DNA of 63,931 nt, counting the filler, from Octopus bimaculoides (Eukaryota): the NCBI RefSeq assembly GCF_001194135.2. It is 7 parts of 6 records of this genome, joined end to end, with 100 filler letters (N's around TTAATTAATTAA, not from the genome) between each part and the next. Parts side by side here need not be neighbours in the genome. Positions count along the whole stretch, not along the records: positions 35,906 to 53,408 come from NC_069001.1; positions 53,509 to 59,543 come from NC_068983.1; positions 59,644 to 62,129 come from NW_026320818.1; 4 more parts are not named here. One strand, 5' to 3'. Numbering within the stretch: the stretch's first letter is position 1; each line of letters begins with the position of its first letter. Both the position numbers and the translations under genes were made by a program. Shown in pieces: positions 48,084 to 59,828 of the stretch. The notes under the pieces are model-generated. The model was not told the DNA's origin and did no database searches. It was given only the letters and a program-made list of their open reading frames with translations.

Positions 48084-48688
48084 NNNNNNNNNNNNNNNNN
48101 NNNNNNNNNNNNNNNNNNNNNNNNNNNNNNNNNNNNNNNNNNNNNNNNNNNNNNNNNNNNNNNNNNNNNNNNNNNNNNNNNNNNNNNNNNNNNNNNNNNN
48201 NNNNNNNNNNNNNNNNNNNNNNNNNNNNNNNNNNNNNNNNNNNNNNNNNNNNNNNNNNNNNNNNNNNNNNNNNNNNNNNNNNNNNNNNNNNNNNNNNNNN
48301 NNNNNNNNNNNNNNNNNNNNNNNNNNNNNNNNNNNNNNNNNNNNNNNNNNNNNNNNNNNNNNNNNNNNNNNNNNNNNNNNNNNNNNNNNNNNNNNNNNNN
48401 NNNNNNNNNNNNNNNNNNNNNNNNNNNNNNNNNNNNNNNNNNNNNNNNNNNNNNNNNNNNNNNNNNNNNNNNNNNNNNNNNNNNNNNNNNNNNNNNNNNN
48501 NNNNNNNNNNNNNNNNNNNNNNNNNNNNNNNNNNNNNNNNNNNNNNNNNNNNNNNNNNNNNNNNNNNNNNNNNNNNNNNNNNNNNNNNNNNNNNNNNNNN
48601 NNNNNNNNNNNNNNNNNNNNNNNNNNNNNNNNNNNNNNNNNNNNNNNNNNNNNNNNNNNNNNNNNNNNNNNNNNNNNNNNNNNNNNNN

Positions 48689-48787
48689 CGACTTCGGCGG
48701 AATTTGAACTCAGAACATAAAGACAGCACGCTGGGCGAAATGCTTAGCGGTATTTCGTCTAACGTTTCTGCCAGCTCGCCGCCTTTC
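48689..48787 (-). mobile_element. SINE head with a 35-bp internal inversion
   Basis: Flanks are the minus-strand SINE head; 48725-48759 is in plus orientation. Confidence 0.8.
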
Positions 48788-48804
48788 AATAAGCTAATAT
48801 TATA

Positions 48805-49005
48805 GGGTCCCGCACGATCTTGAGTCCCTCACAGTCTCGGGTCCCACATGGTCTCGGAGCCCTCACGGTCTTGGATCCATCATAGTCTTTGGTTCGGGCT
48901 CTCACGGTCTCGGATCCCTCGTGGTCTCGGATCCCTCGTGGTCTCGGATCCTTCACGGTCTCGGATCCTTCACGGTCTCGGATCTGTCACGGTTTCGGAT
49001 CCTTT
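48805..49005 (+). repeat. 17-bp minisatellite (ctcacggtctcggatcc)
   Basis: About 11 diverged units; the most regular contain GGATCC. Confidence 0.88.
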
Positions 49006-49471
49006 ACAACTTCGAAGCCCAACTCTGATCTATGTATATTGTGACTTGCTGTCAACAAATACATACATTGCGCCCACTTTAAGGATTTTCCCGGGCCTCT
49101 ATAATGCTGTTATTTGCCCGTAGGCACAGCTCCAGGGGCTTGAAAGTCCGATAGATCTGTCATTTTAATGAGTTTTAATAACCTTTTTCTGATGATATTT
49201 GAAAAGAAACAGTCATTTTAGCAAAACATTAAGCAACACTAATAATATATCAAAAAGCATAAAAATAAACAATCTTTTATGATGCTATGATACTGGGTGT
49301 TTCCATTATCTTGTCCAACCCCTGTATACATACACACAGACACACACACACACACACGTATATTTATATACGTATATGTTGTTTGTTATTGCATTTGTTT
49401 GTTATTGTTGTTACCGTCCTACCATGACCACCACCACTTTTAACTAGCTGAACTCTATTTTCTCTCCACAG

Positions 49472-49499
49472 GATCCTCTTTGGATTATCCTAGGTACAG
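49472..49499 (+). CDS. NOX4: NOX4 28-nt micro-exon (human exon 6 equivalent), DPLWIILGT
   Basis: tttctctccacag acceptor; cag|gttggt donor; 28 nt, phase 0/1. Resembles human DPRKLLFTT. Confidence 0.8.
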
Positions 49500-49630
49500 G
49501 TTGGTATTATTTCGTATTCTTTTCAGATTAGTGGTATGTGTGTGTTTGTGTGTGTGTGCGCGCGCGTCTACGAGAGTGTTTGCGAATATGTATGCAGTGT
49601 GTATGTATGTTCATCCATGTAAAAGAGAAC

Positions 49631-49664
<34 letters not shown>

Positions 49665-49776
49665 GTGTAAGTTTATGATAGGAGAGTGTATGTGCGTATG
49701 TTTGAAAGAGTATATACACATTTGAGAATGAGTATGTGTGTGTGTGTGTGTATGTGGATATATGTGTATGTGTGAG

Positions 49777-49807
<31 letters not shown>

Positions 49808-50152
49808 GCGCGCGCGCGGGCGTGTGTGAGTGTGCGCGTGGGTATATACGTATCTGTAACTGTACAAGTCGGGTATGAATGAATGAGTACATATCTGGTG
49901 TACGCGAGTGTGAGACAAGTGCTGTGGTGCACGAAGTATGCTGAGGTCCAGTTTCAATTCCCACATGGAAAGTGCTTAACTAACATAGACTAATATCCCA
50001 GTTCCATAACCCTTTAATTCCTTATAATACCTCAAAGTTTCTCAGGGGCACCAAAAGTGAAGCTGACAATCCCAGTAGATCGCCCAGGAGAAGTTTTCCA
50101 ACTGGAATCAAAGATAACCAGAACGTGGGGGATTGAAAACAGACACGTTACG

Positions 50153-50201
<49 letters not shown>

Positions 50202-50214
50202 GCGCTTTTTAAAT

Positions 50215-50700
50215 TTGGCACATGGCCAACGTTTTGAGGGGAAGGAACAAGTTGATTACATCCCCTCCCAGTGCTCTACTGGTGCTTTATTTTACAGTTG
50301 AAAGACAAAGTCTTGGCACACGGTCAGCATTTTGGGGAGGAGGGAATAAGTCGTTTACAACGACTCCAGTATTTGACTGGTACTTATTTCATCGACCCCG
50401 AAAGGATGAAAGCCAAAGTGGACTTCGGTGGCATTTGAACTCTGAACGTAGCGGCAGGCGAAATAGCGCTTAGCATTTCGCCCGGCGTGCTAATGAGTCT
50501 GCCAGCTCATTAGATTAATAACAACAATAATAATAATGATGATAATAATAATAATAATAGCCCTTTTACTGGAAGCATGAGGCCTAGAATTTGGTGGTAG
50601 GGGACTAGTCGATTACATCGACCCCAGTACTCAACTGGTAATTTAAGTTATCGACTCCGAAAGGATGAAAGGCAAAATCGACCTCGGTGGATTTCGATAA
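50215..50700 (-). mobile_element. Two partial SINE copies (50215-50515, 50570-50700)
   Basis: tcgaccccgaaaggatgaaag.caaagt.gac.tcgg on the plus strand is the reverse complement of the central box. Confidence 0.8.
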
Positions 50701-50707
50701 CAATAAT

Positions 50708-51050
50708 AACAAGAGCACTCAGAGAGCGCAAACCTCTGCCAAGGCAACACCAACATCTTCTCAACGATGAACCGGAGATGATTTTTAAAATGAGAATATC
50801 TGAAATAAACTTGACTGCTCTCACAAACGAGAATACCGAAAGTGAAGCCAACCGCTCTCAAAAATTGAGCAAAAAAAAAGGAAAAACAATCCAGAATCCT
50901 TATCCGACATCCGATCGATCCCAAAATCTAATCAGTTTGTGCCAGTCACGAAGCCAAACATCCCTGAAAGTTTCATCCGAATCCATCCAGCGGTTCTTGA
51001 GATATCTTATCCACGGACAAACAAAGAAACGCGACTGAAAACAATAGTAT
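50708..51050 (+). mobile_element. Non-autonomous DNA element (Helentron/HINE-like?)
   Basis: Starts aacaagagcact...ctctgccaagg, ends aatccatccagcggttcttgagatatc..ggacaaacaaa..gaaaacaat; inverted partial copy at 52730-52874. Confidence 0.5.
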
Positions 51051-51303
51051 GAAGTCTCTTGTTTCAGACCCTGTCGACTAAGAATTTTGAGAGGACTTAC
51101 ACACACACGCACATGCGCGCGCGCACATACACTCGCACGCATGCGCCCACACATATACTTATGTATGTATGTATGTATTATAATATATATATATATATAT
51201 ATANNNNNNNNNNNNNNNNNNNNNNNNNNNNNNNNNNNNNNNNNNNNNNNNNNNNNNNNNNNNNNNNNNNNNNNNNNNNNNNNNNNNNNNNNNNNNNNNN
51301 NNN

Positions 51304-52548
51304 AGTACGTTTGTACGTACGAACGTTCGTTCTTTTGTACCTTAGTTCTTTATATAATTCATTCGTTCGTTCGTTTGTACGTACGTATGTATTACGTTCG
51401 TTTGTACGCACGTGTTTACGTTCGTACGTACGTTCGTACGTACGTAATTACGTTCGTTCGTTTGTACGTACGTTCGTTCGCTCGTAAGTACGTTCGTTCG
51501 TTCGTACGCACGTACTTTCGTCCGTTCGTACATACGTAATTACATTCGAACGTACTTACGTAATTACGTTCGTGCGTGCGTAATTACGTTCGTTCGTACT
51601 TACGTTCGTTCGGACGTACGTTTCTTCGTACGTACGTTCGTTCTTTTGTACCTTAGTTCGTTGTTTATTTAATTCTTTCGTTCGTTGGTTCGTTCGTTCG
51701 TTCGTACGTACGTAATTACGTTTGTTCGTTCGTGCGTACATTCGTTCGATCGTAAGTACGTTCGTTCGTTCGTTTGTACGCACGTACCTTCGTCCGTTCG
51801 TACATACGTACGTAACTCCGTATGTACGTAATTACGTTCGAACGTACGTACGTAATTACGTTCGTACGTACGTAATTACATTCGTACATACGTCATTACA
51901 TTCGTACGCGCGTACGTAATTACGTTCGTTCGTTTGTACGTACGTAATTTCTTTCGTACATACGTACGTTCGTTCGTATGTTCGTTTTTTCGTACGTACG
52001 TCCGTTCTTTTGTACCTTAGATCGTTGTTTATTTAATTCATTCGTGCGTTCGTTCGGTTGTACGTACGTACGTAATTACGTTCGTTCGTTCGTACGTACG
52101 TGTTTAATTACGTTCGTACGTACGTACGTGATTACATTCGTACGTACGTAATTACATTCGTAAGTACGTAATTACATTCGTACGCACGTACGTAATTACG
52201 TTCGTTCGTTCCTACGTAGTTCGTTCGTACGTTCGTTCGTTCGTACGTACGTTTGTTCGTACGTACGTTCGTTCTTTTGTATCTTACTTCGTTGCTTCTT
52301 TAATTCATTCGTTCGTTCGTTCGTACTTACGTAATTACGTTCGTTAGTACGTAAATACGTTCGTACGTATGTACGTAATTACATTCGTACGTACGTAATT
52401 ACATTCGTACGCACGTACGTAATTACGTTCGTTCGTTCGTACGTTCGTTCGTTCGTTCGTACGTACGTTTGTTCGTACGTTCGTTCGTTCTTTTGTATCT
52501 TAGTTCGTTGTTTCTTTAATTCATTCGTNNNNNNNNNNNNNNNNNNNN
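51304..52548 (+). repeat. Second array of the CGTAATTACG palindromic satellite
   Basis: Same units and same marker as 35906-39190; both ends in gaps. Confidence 0.92.
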
Positions 52549-52729
52549 NNNNNNNNNNNNNNNNNNNNNNNNNNNNNNNNNNNNNNNNNNNNNNNNNNNN
52601 NNNNNNNNNNNNNNNNNNNNNNNNNNNNATTGCATAGACGGGTCTGTATGTCATGACTAACCTAAGTGTATACATACACGTGTCTGTATGTCTAAATATG
52701 TACAATATTTATTTTTACTTAATTTTCGT

Positions 52730-52874
52730 GAATGGTTGGATTCATTCTTAGTATTCTCGTTTGTGAAAGCAGTCAAGTTTATTTCAGATATTCTCATTTT
52801 AAAAACCATCTCCGGCTGATCGTTGAGAGGACGTTCGCCTTGGCGGAGGTTTGCTTTCTCTGAGGGCTCTTGTT
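52730..52874 (-). mobile_element. Inverted 5' part of the element at 50708
   Basis: Reverse complement aacaagagccctcagag..aaacctccgccaagg..ctcaacgat..ccggagatg.tttttaaaatgagaatatctgaaataaacttgactgct. Confidence 0.8.
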
Positions 52875-53259
52875 TATGGTACTGTCATTGTGAAGCTTTA
52901 TCTCAACAGAGCCATGCGTGACCTTCTGTTGAAAAGAAGAAAGCCTATTTCTCTGATGTTCAGAGTCACTTTTCTGGGTGCGTATACATGGTCATCAATC
53001 AGAAAATACTTTGCAAGGGCTTCCCGTCCAAATCTGATGTTATTTACTAGTTTCATTTATTCAGATTTAATTGTCTGCATAAATACATAAACTTGGTTAT
53101 TTGATGGTTAGCTAAAGCGCTGGAAGAGATACGATGGCATTTTGAAAGGCTGTTTGATTCAGTGTGAAGTCGTTCCCTCCTTGTTTTTGCTTTAGATAGA
53201 CGTGGTTCCGTTTCACTGTTGGTGTGGAAATTTCTAGTGGTTGTAGTTTTCGATATCTA

Positions 53260-53318
<59 letters not shown>

Positions 53319-54354
53319 GCGTACATGTATTTTGTCTTTGTTTGTATTTTCGAAGTTATAATCCATAAGAAACCCCTTCTCCCACCAAAAACAAAGTCTT
53401 CCTAATCANNNNNNNNNNNNNNNNNNNNNNNNNNNNNNNNNNNNNNNNNNNNTTAATTAATTAANNNNNNNNNNNNNNNNNNNNNNNNNNNNNNNNNNNN
53501 NNNNNNNNAAAAAAAAAAAAAAATCATTCTTAGAATTTAATGTGCTTTGTAGTCCTCGTGATATATGCACGTAAGCGTGCGCACGTGTGGGTGTATACTT
53601 GCATGTATATATATATATACATATATATATGTATATATATATATACATGCAAGTATACACCCACACGTGCGCACGCTTACGTGCATATATCACGAGGACT
53701 ACAAAGCACATTAAATTCTAAGAATGATTTTTTTTTTTTTTTTGATATTCAGTATTTCAGTGAATAGGTAAACTTTCCGGTAGTTTCAAAGGAAAATAAT
53801 TAGTATAATTATCTGAATGACAGATACTGAAAGAAGAGGGATACATTCAGTGTACAGTATATACTACAGGCACTCTAAGCAACATTACTGTCTGAATGGT
53901 ATGAGAACAAATAAGAAGCTGTTATTGTCGTTGTTCAACTCTTGGTCAGTTTTGATCAAGCAATCCTTTGATATTAAGTATTCTAACAATGGCCTTCTAT
54001 TGCGTTTCTTTTACAGCGAATCCAGATATACCGTAGGCAGGGAATTGTCTTATTTCACTTCCAAGATTGTAGAGTGCGATTTGAGGGAGACAATTTGAAC
54101 GATCATGAAGAGGTTCCCTCTTTTACCATGGAAAAGCTAGCGTTGATGCTGTTGGTTTGCCACTGATCAAGTAAGCTATCATCAGTATCATTCTATCGTT
54201 CCAGTCATGGCCTCCCCGTTTTGTTTTCAAGCAATATATACTACGGACCATATTAATTAACACATACTCTTTTAAGAAGTTATCGCTACTTCTAGTAGGT
54301 GTATTTCTTGTGGGATTATTTCTAATAGGTCGAGTGACCAGGTAAATGTTTCTA

Positions 54355-54580
54355 CTGGTAGATCTTTTTATGGTTTTACCTTTTACCGCTGCCACGCTGG
54401 AGCACCAGCTCGACTTTTTAGTTGAACGAATCGACTCCAATACCTTTTGTTTTAAGCCTAGTACTTATTCAATCGGTTTCTTCTACCCATTCGCTAGTTT
54501 ACGGGGTTGTAAACACGCCAACACCGGTTGTCAAGCTCGTCGGTGTGGGACAAACGCAGAGACAAAGACTCACCCAACCA
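54355..54580 (-). mobile_element. SINE 3' body
   Basis: gccacgctggagcacc...aatcgactcc..taagcctagtacttattc..ggttgtcaagc..gtggggacaaac. Confidence 0.8.
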
Positions 54581-54591
54581 CGTACATATAC

Positions 54592-54623
<32 letters not shown>

Positions 54624-55010
54624 TTTATTTAAAAGCAGCAGAAATATAACAAAAAAACCGTTACTCTGAGTTTCACGTTCCCGTTCNNNNNNNNNNNNNN
54701 NNNNNNNNNNNNNNNNNNNNNNNNNNNNNNNNNNNNNNNNNNNNNNNNNNNNNNNNNNNNNNNNNNNNNNNNNNNNNNNNNNNNNNNNNNNNNNNNNNNN
54801 NNNNNNNNNNNNNNNNNNNNNNNNNNNNNNNNNNNNNNNNNNNNNNNNNNNNNNNNNNNNNNNNNNNNNNNNNNNNNNNNNNNNNNNNNNNTGTATGTAT
54901 AACACACACACACATATATATATAGAACAATGAAGAAATAAGTGATATAGATATCCACTTTATACAGCTCAACCAATTAGCGCTCTGATAGAGCTTCAGG
55001 AATATAAAAC

Positions 55011-55811
55011 TAAGGAGAGGAGAAAACAAATTCAAAGGCCGATGTATATATTCATTCAATCCATATTAACAAAATTCTCCATGGTATACAAAGTACATAT
55101 ATAGATGCATTCATCTATATGATATATAAAAAAAATTGTAAGAATTTATAAATACATACATATACACGAAAATTGATAAATATAAAAAAATTCATAGACA
55201 TAAAAATTTATAAACACATAAAAGTCATAAATATAAGTCAATAAATGTACTTGCGAAGTCCGAATGTTCGAATTTGAATCAATGAAGAGTATGATAAAGC
55301 GAATGTAATATGATTCATAAGGAATCTGGAACATGTATAAATTATTATGACCGTTTCGGGCGAGCTAGCTCCAATCATAGCATTACTCTATTTTTCTCTC
55401 ATCAGAGTTAATAGAATCACAAAATTATAGCAACCTATATCTTTACGAAACGGCCGTAATAATTTATACATAGATTTTATACATGTTCCAAACTTCCGTA
55501 TAAATCATTTTACATTCGCTTTATCATTCTCTTCATTAATTAAAATTCGAACATTCCGATTTCGCAAGTACCTTTATAGACTTATATTTTTATGAATTTT
55601 TATGTGTTTATAAATTTTTATATGTCTATGAATTTTTATATATCTATAAATATTCCTGTATATGTATGTATTTATAAATTCTTAGAAAATTTTTATATAT
55701 CATATAGATGAATGCATCTATGTATGTATTTTGTATACCATGGAGAATTTCGTTAGTATGGATTGAATGAATATATACATCGATTGTTGAATATATTTTC
55801 TCTCCTCCTTA
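55011..55811. repeat. ~350-bp inverted repeat (arms 55011-55357 and 55447-55811) with hammerhead half-motifs at the inner ends
   Basis: Arms align as reverse complements (the ORF track shows the mirrored MNEYIHR.LN peptides); the arms begin GAAACGGTCATA (-) and GAAACGGCCGTA (+), each followed by ATAATTT. Confidence 0.88.
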
Positions 55812-55854
55812 ATTATATATATATATATATACATATATACACAACAACAACAAC

Positions 55855-55974
<120 letters not shown>

Positions 55975-55999
55975 AGTAATAAAGTTAATGTCCGATCAT

Positions 56000-56720
56000 A
56001 GAGTGACCAATTACGGTCATTTGATCGGTTTGTCATCAAAGAATAAATAGTCCGGTGTCAGTGAGGATGGGTTCATTTCCTTTTGACCAGTTATTTGTTG
56101 GCTAGGAGAGGGGGACAAGAGATTTATCCCGTGGGCTGCTTTTGGATCGTAAGGACCTTTCCGAGTTTAATCGGAGAACAGGGAATCTCATTCTTGCAGC
56201 AGGTAGTGCTTGAAGTGGATGCAGAGACTAAAAATTTCTAGGCAAATATTCTTAATCGAGGTTTCAGGGAGTCTTTGGGTATCCTTGCTTGTTCGGCTAT
56301 GCAAAGCTTGCAGCATACGTTCCCATTGATATAGGGTCACGGCCGTTCTAAGAGCCTCCACTTGATATCGTAAGGGGTCCCTTCATCTTTGTGGCGCCAA
56401 GCATCGCTGACCAGAGATGTGACGAATCGTCTTTCCGAAACACTTCTGGTTGTACATGCGTTGCTTGGAGGATGTCCCAGCTGACCCAATATATTTCCAG
56501 GCTTGGGTGTTGGTTGCGCTCACGTTACTAGCGCGTCTTCTGTTGGCTCCGGACCTGGGAATGTTGTTGTTGTCACCGGTGTTGTTGGGGCTGCCGTCAG
56601 TGCTGTTATCATTACGATGCGTGGATCCAGCGATTCCACTGTGGCTGCTGTCGGTGTGGTTTTTGTCATTGTAGTGGTCATCCTTGGCTATGGCCTTGGC
56701 ACTATTGTCGCCGATAGTGA
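56000..56720 (-). mobile_element. PLE 3' fragment, GIY-YIG endonuclease, homologous to 2560-3310
   Basis: Minus strand TQAWKYIGSAGTSSKQRMYNQK..ERRFVTSLVSDAWRHKDEGTPYDIKWRLLERP*PYINGNVCCKLCIAEQ..EIFSLCIHFKHYLL. Confidence 0.85.
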
Positions 56721-56721
56721 T

Positions 56722-56885
56722 GTAGGGCTTCTTTCAGTTTCTGTCTACCAGATCCACTCACAAGGCTTTGGTCAGTCCAAGGCTATAGTAGAAGACTCTT
56801 GTCCAAGGTGCTACGCAGTGGGACTGAACCCGGAGCCATATGGTTGGAAAGCATACTTCTTACTACACAGCTACGCCTACGCCTG
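56722..56885 (-). mobile_element. tRNA-derived SINE
   Basis: Minus-strand head gctgtgtagtaagaag..ccgggttcagtcccactgcgtagcaccttggacaag..ggactgaccaaagccttgtgagtggat. Confidence 0.82.
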
Positions 56886-58329
56886 GGGTTAGAAGACGTG
56901 AGCCCAAGTTTAGTTATAATTCATCTGGTTTATGATCGAAGGAATTATAGCGTAATAGGGTAAATTGTGTTACACATTCTGTCTTTTTCGTGGTATATAC
57001 TTCTACATGATATAATATGTCCTTTCATTTTTGAAAGACGGTAGAGAGTAGTCCAAAAAGGATTGGCTTTTTTTTTCTTCTCAGAAATGAAGCGACAATT
57101 TACCACTCATTTCTTTACGCTACGAAACCTATAAAAGATAGCTGCTACACTGGGTTATTGTATTTCGTAAAATTCACTAATTGGATATGATCTCATCTTT
57201 TCCACGGGATATTGAAACTCGATCACTTCCCTTTTCAGAGGATACTACCACTTTGAAATGAATGTGACTAGATTGTGTTATACATGAAAAATTACATCAT
57301 TTTAGCATTTTTCATAAAACAGACTAGTTTGGATTCAAGAGATCACCTGAGGTTTAAACTTTCGCTTGTATTCCAGAAAATGTGCGCATTGTTGTACATG
57401 TACGCATTAAGCTTATGTATTGTTGATCAGGTCTAAATAGAAGGAATTGTTTTCCTTGGAATCGTTTTCCCTAATTGCCAAAATGATTAAAGATAAAATT
57501 GTCATTGAGCTAAGTTGTCTTTCTTTCTCGATATGTGTTGCTAATTAATATTTTGATACTAAAAACATTAAATATTTTAATGCTGATGTGAATTTATATT
57601 CTTAATAAATCGCAAGTAGGATCCAGAAATTAACGGATTTAAATTAAACACACCTGCCTGAATATATTTACAGGAATTTAATGAATCAGAAACACTTTAC
57701 ACAGAGAAGAGCCAATATGCACAGAAATAATGTCACCTTTTAGCAAATATTGAAAGCATGTGTTATTTAGTTTGGATTATTAATGTTCCTTTCATTAATA
57801 TGTAAAACAGTCAGCACCTAAGTGTGATATGTGATGTCGAAAGAATAGAATTCAGTTGTCCTGCAGATAGAGAGAACTAGGAAGAACAGGTTATGAATGT
57901 ACTTACGGCATAAAAATGTTAGTAATTAATGATATATATATACAGTTGAAAACAAAAATATATCATATATGTATGACTAAAGTGAATATAATTTTGTTGG
58001 TATTTGAAAGGATAATACAACTCTGGTGTGTTGTAATTACTTATAATTATTTATTTCATAATTTCAGGTTTAGCGGCTCCTAAATTTGATATATCCCTGT
58101 TACATGAATAATAAATTAGTGAACGTCTGTTTATGGCATACCGAGTGCGTCTCAACGACGATTAAATATATATATATATAAAGTTATATAATGACGGTAG
58201 AAATTAATATTAATTAATTAATATCAATTTATATATATATATATNNNNNNNNNNNNNNNNNNNNNNNNNNNNNNNNNNNNNNNNNNNNNNNNNNNNNNNN
58301 NNNNNNNNNNATATGTTTTCAGCGCTGTA

Positions 58330-59260
58330 GAATTTACAATGTAATGATTCTTTTTTGTTCCAGGTGCCATTATATTAAACATTTGCGAAGAGTAACCATG
58401 CCACACACAAAAATTGCCAAAAATCTTCAAATTCCTCTTGCTACTGTTAATAGAATTATAGTGCAATTTAAAAGCCAAGGAAGAGAATCAACAATTCTCG
58501 TCCCGGCCGACCTGGGCCCTCGGAAAGGAAGCTTCGCTGTTTGAAGAGAATTGTGGAAAACGAATCCCGTTCGAAGGCTTCTGCCATTGCAAAACAGCTA
58601 GAAGTTAGTCCAAGAACGCGTGTTACATATCTGCACAAGCTTGGGTATTATGGACGAGCAGCTAGAAGAAAACCTCTCCCTCAACCAATTAATATCATTA
58701 AAAGAAAGAAATGGGCTAAGGAGATGTCAGAAAAATCCAGTTCGTTTTGGGATAGAGTGATTTTCTCAAATGAATCCAGATTTGCATTATTTTCAGACAG
58801 TGGACATTTGGGTCTGGAGGCTTCCCAATAAAGAATTTGATTTGAAACGACTCCAATCAACTGTGACACATGGCGGTATCTCTGTAATGGTATGGGGAGC
58901 TGTTACCAGCAATGGTCGTTCTGAGCCGATCGAATGTGTTGGAACCATAAACTCTGAAAAATACATCGAAATACTTAAGCAAGGAATACTTCCGATGTAT
59001 CCACACGATAACAACGAAAAATGAGTTTTTATTCATTGAAGATGGGGCTGCATGCCACACAGCAAAAAGGAATCAACAATGGCTGACTGAAAATGGGATC
59101 AAAAAGCTTCGTTGGCCCAGCCAATCTCCTGACATGAACTCAGTTGAAAATCTTTGGAGTATACGAAAAACTTGACAGAGACCTAAATCTAAAGGAGAAT
59201 TGTTTCGATTGTTGCCTGAAAAGTGGACAGAAATTCCACAAGAGACAATCACAAATGGTA
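58330..59260 (+). mobile_element. Tc1-family (DD34E) transposase pseudogene
   Basis: KIAKNLQIPLATVNRII (HTH), LHKLGYYGRAARRKP, VIFSNESRF, TVTHGGISVMVWG, EDGAACH, WPSQSPDMNSVENLW; frameshifts and stops; TIRs not visible. Confidence 0.93.
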
Positions 59261-59730
59261 GTATGTATGTTTTGGTCTATATGTGTTATATGTATTTATA
59301 TATATGTATGTATTTATGTATATATGTGTATGTATGTTTTTATTTATGTATATGCTTTTATTAGTGTTTATGTGTATATATGTGTGTATGTTGTGTGTAT
59401 ATACGTATATTATTTTGTATATTCGTATGTATATTTGTATATGCATGTAAGTGTATATATATATGGGTGTATGTATGTATATGTGTGTGTATGTGTGTAT
59501 GTATATGTATATATATGTATATATGTATATGTATATATATGTANNNNNNNNNNNNNNNNNNNNNNNNNNNNNNNNNNNNNNNNNNNNTTAATTAATTAAN
59601 NNNNNNNNNNNNNNNNNNNNNNNNNNNNNNNNNNNNNNNNNNNGGTGGTGGTGGTGGTGGTAGTGGTGCATCTCGAATGGTACACTATTCTTTCTCTTAT
59701 TCTATCATTCGCTTGTCTTTTGTCTTCTAA

Positions 59731-59766
<36 letters not shown>

Positions 59767-59784
59767 GTCTGTCTATCTATCTTC

Positions 59785-59828
<44 letters not shown>

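Noticed and set aside
52870-53050. Segment open on both strands (MKLVNNIRFGREALAKYFL... on the minus strand)
   Set aside because: About 52 aa, no recognisable motif or splice support.
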